Shown piece by piece: positions 61,543-64,000 of a stretch of DNA of 64,000 bases (positions are counted from its first letter, which is position 1; every line of letters begins with the position of its first letter). Both the position numbers and the translations under genes were made by a program. The notes under the pieces were generated by a model. The model had not been told where the DNA came from. It did not search any database and was given only the letters and a program-made list of their open reading frames with translations. The stretch comes from the human T2T-CHM13v2.0 reference genome, Homo sapiens, in assembly GCF_009914755.1 (NCBI RefSeq), contig NC_060940.1; one strand, given 5' to 3'.

Positions 61543-62080
61543 TCAGAAATGGCAGCAACATTCCTAGCCCAGGCTCTGCACTCTCGGTAATCCCTCTGAC
61601 TGACTCTCAAGTCTTCCCCGTCTGTCTGCTCCGACTGCACGAGTTGGTGATTAAACTTTAAAACAACAATTAGACCCTTGATTTTCAAAGCAAACTTGGT
61701 TTATAGACCAGACTTCAGCATTCATTACAATACAGACTAATAAAAACAAATCCGGAAACATACGCTTTTTAAGCTGTGGTGGTGTGAAATCTGTAACAGC
61801 ATTAAAACCATTTTGAAAAAAAAAAAAGTCATTTGGGAACCCCCAGCAAAATACTGTGTGGATATTCTTTTCTATTCCTCATTCAAGTATATTGCATATA
61901 TATAAACATAATATATATGTTTGTTACTGTAATTTTTCTACTTATTATATAACATTTTCTATGTTGCTACATGATCTTTGTAAATATTATTTTTAAAGAC
62001 TGTACAATATTTCATGTAGTTGACAAGCCACAATATTTGTAAACATAAAACATTTCTCCCCTGGGAAATATTTTAGTGAT

Positions 62081-62188
62081 CTCCTTCTTCCTTTCTCTCT
62101 CTTCTTCTTTCTTCCTTCTTTCCTTCCTTTCTTTTCTCCTTCTCCTCCTCTTTGCTTTTCCCCCTACTCCCTTTTTCTCCATCTTCTG
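62081..62188. repeat. CT-rich polypyrimidine low-complexity tract
   Basis: Direct read. Confidence 0.85.
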
Positions 62189-64000
62189 CTATCAGAAAAA
62201 AAAAAATTCCATGAGCACTTGGTAACCATCTACTTTATGTTGAATTATTTCCTAGGGTAAATTCTCAGTCAGTAGTAGGAGGAATATTTTTCCCATTGAA
62301 TGTAGTTTGAGAAGCCCAATGACCAAATCATGAGATGTTGCCATTCTCTATGAAAATCACAAAGGATGACTCCCTAAATACATTTTATGTCTACAGAGAA
62401 ACTGTATAATTCTGACATTAATTTCAGTTCCTTACAACTGCCTTCATTCCTTGGGGAGGGTACTGAAATGAGCTCCAGCTGGAGACTAAGTCAGCTCAAG
62501 CCACTAAGTCATGGGCTGGTCTTGCACAAATTATTTTCTGTTTCTCTGTTTCTGTAAGCTTACAATTTATATATTGTATATTTTATAAACATACCTCATC
62601 AGATAAGGTTATAGTGAAAAATATATCTGCTAGGGTATTCACTTCATAAGGGAAGGCTTTTTTGTCTGTTTTGTTCACTACATACTATATCCCCAGCATC
62701 TATAGCAGTGCCTGGCACATGGTGGGTGTATAATAACTGTTTGTTTCATGATTCATTTTTTAAAAGATCTAGAAAAAGAAATCTTTACTCCAAAGGGTTT
62801 GAAGCAGTGATTCATAAGTATTTTAAGAATAAATGTATCTTTCACACCTGTGTGCCTATAAATATAATTTCACAAATAATTCTAGTAAGTTCAGAGAATC
62901 TAGAAATTTTTTTCTGTGCATACCAGGCAATGCTGGCATTAAAAATTTATTTTGAAAATCCTCTAAGTTCTAATTCACTTGACATTATCCTACCAAGTTA
63001 AAGAACCATGAAATAATAAGTAATTCATATCACTGCATTCATTTCTCATTATGGACTGTCAAAATTGACATTCTTGTTCCCGTTTTATAGAAGCAAATCT
63101 TAGACTCAGAAAATTTCAAAGAACTTATCCAAAGTGACACAATTCTTCAATAGAGAGCAGGGACTACAACCTAAATTTTCTAATTCAAGTCCAGTAGGGT
63201 CTGCCTTAAATGCCTCCCACTGTCACCGTGTTGATTTGTATAACCTTTGTCTTCCTAGCATTTGATTGACGGCTACTGTTAGTACAGATCATCTGGGCTC
63301 CTTGTAGTGATGGACACATTTTCATGAGGCAAGGTCTTAGATGATTAAAACAAGGCAGATGCTAATGCCATCCTCACCTTCATCTGGAACTGTCTAACTA
63401 GAGTTCGTTAACTTGTCAGCCCTAGTTCCTTTTGAGCACCAGGCTGATATAATAAAATATTGCAAATCAATAGAAGCTTTAAACAAGCTTCATCTGTCTT
63501 TCTTTGTTACTTTTTTCCTTTCTTCTTCTTTTATTACTACTTCTTTCTTTGCCGCTTTAAAGGGAAAACTGCTATCCCTCTTATTGGCTGTACAATTCTG
63601 TTTTCTCTGTTTATTTTGAGTTGTTGGAAATTCAGGTACATCCAGCTTTTCCCAAATACACCTATTATTACCCCAAAGAGTAGGAAGCCGATCTTATCTA
63701 GATTCACTCAGCAAATCTAGAATCTCCCAAGAGACTCCAAATTTAGTACGTTAATTTTTCTTAAGTATAACATTGCTCAGTAACTATGTGGGTGAAGATC
63801 TGAAAGTTCTGCAGCACTGTTTCATTTATAAAAATAAAGGTAACGGTACTTTTGCCCAAGATTTGTGTGGAATCTAAAAACTTCCCCAAGTTAGTAAGGA
63901 AGGCACTGTGATAGTATCTACTAATGAAAATGTGAGCACAGAGATGGTTATAAAATACCTTATTTTTCTCTTCTTCATTATTATTGCTCATTTCATTTGA

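Overview
Human (primate) genomic DNA from inside the very large gene CDH13 (T-cadherin, 16q23.3), transcribed on the + strand. The only coding sequence I can support is one 209-bp internal exon (2933-3141, exon 3, prodomain) with canonical AG/GT ends. The rest is the end of intron 2 and about 61 kb of intron 3, filled with Alu, L1, L2, MIR, MaLR/ERVL LTRs and DNA-transposon relics, often nested. All other ORFs in the track are repeat-derived or chance. The most unusual structure is around exon 3. Two degenerate copies of its own branch point/polypyrimidine/acceptor region lie 0.9-1.2 kb downstream, each with the AG destroyed by a different substitution. A ~250-bp direct repeat brackets the exon. 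A near-perfect 23-bp VNTR built from an 18-bp palindrome lies upstream, and a 31-bp perfect inverted match spans the exon. Several more short, local duplications of non-transposon sequence occur across the window and look like templated-insertion repair scars. Repeat family and subfamily names come from memory of consensus sequences and need RepeatMasker/Dfam confirmation; percent identities are hand estimates.
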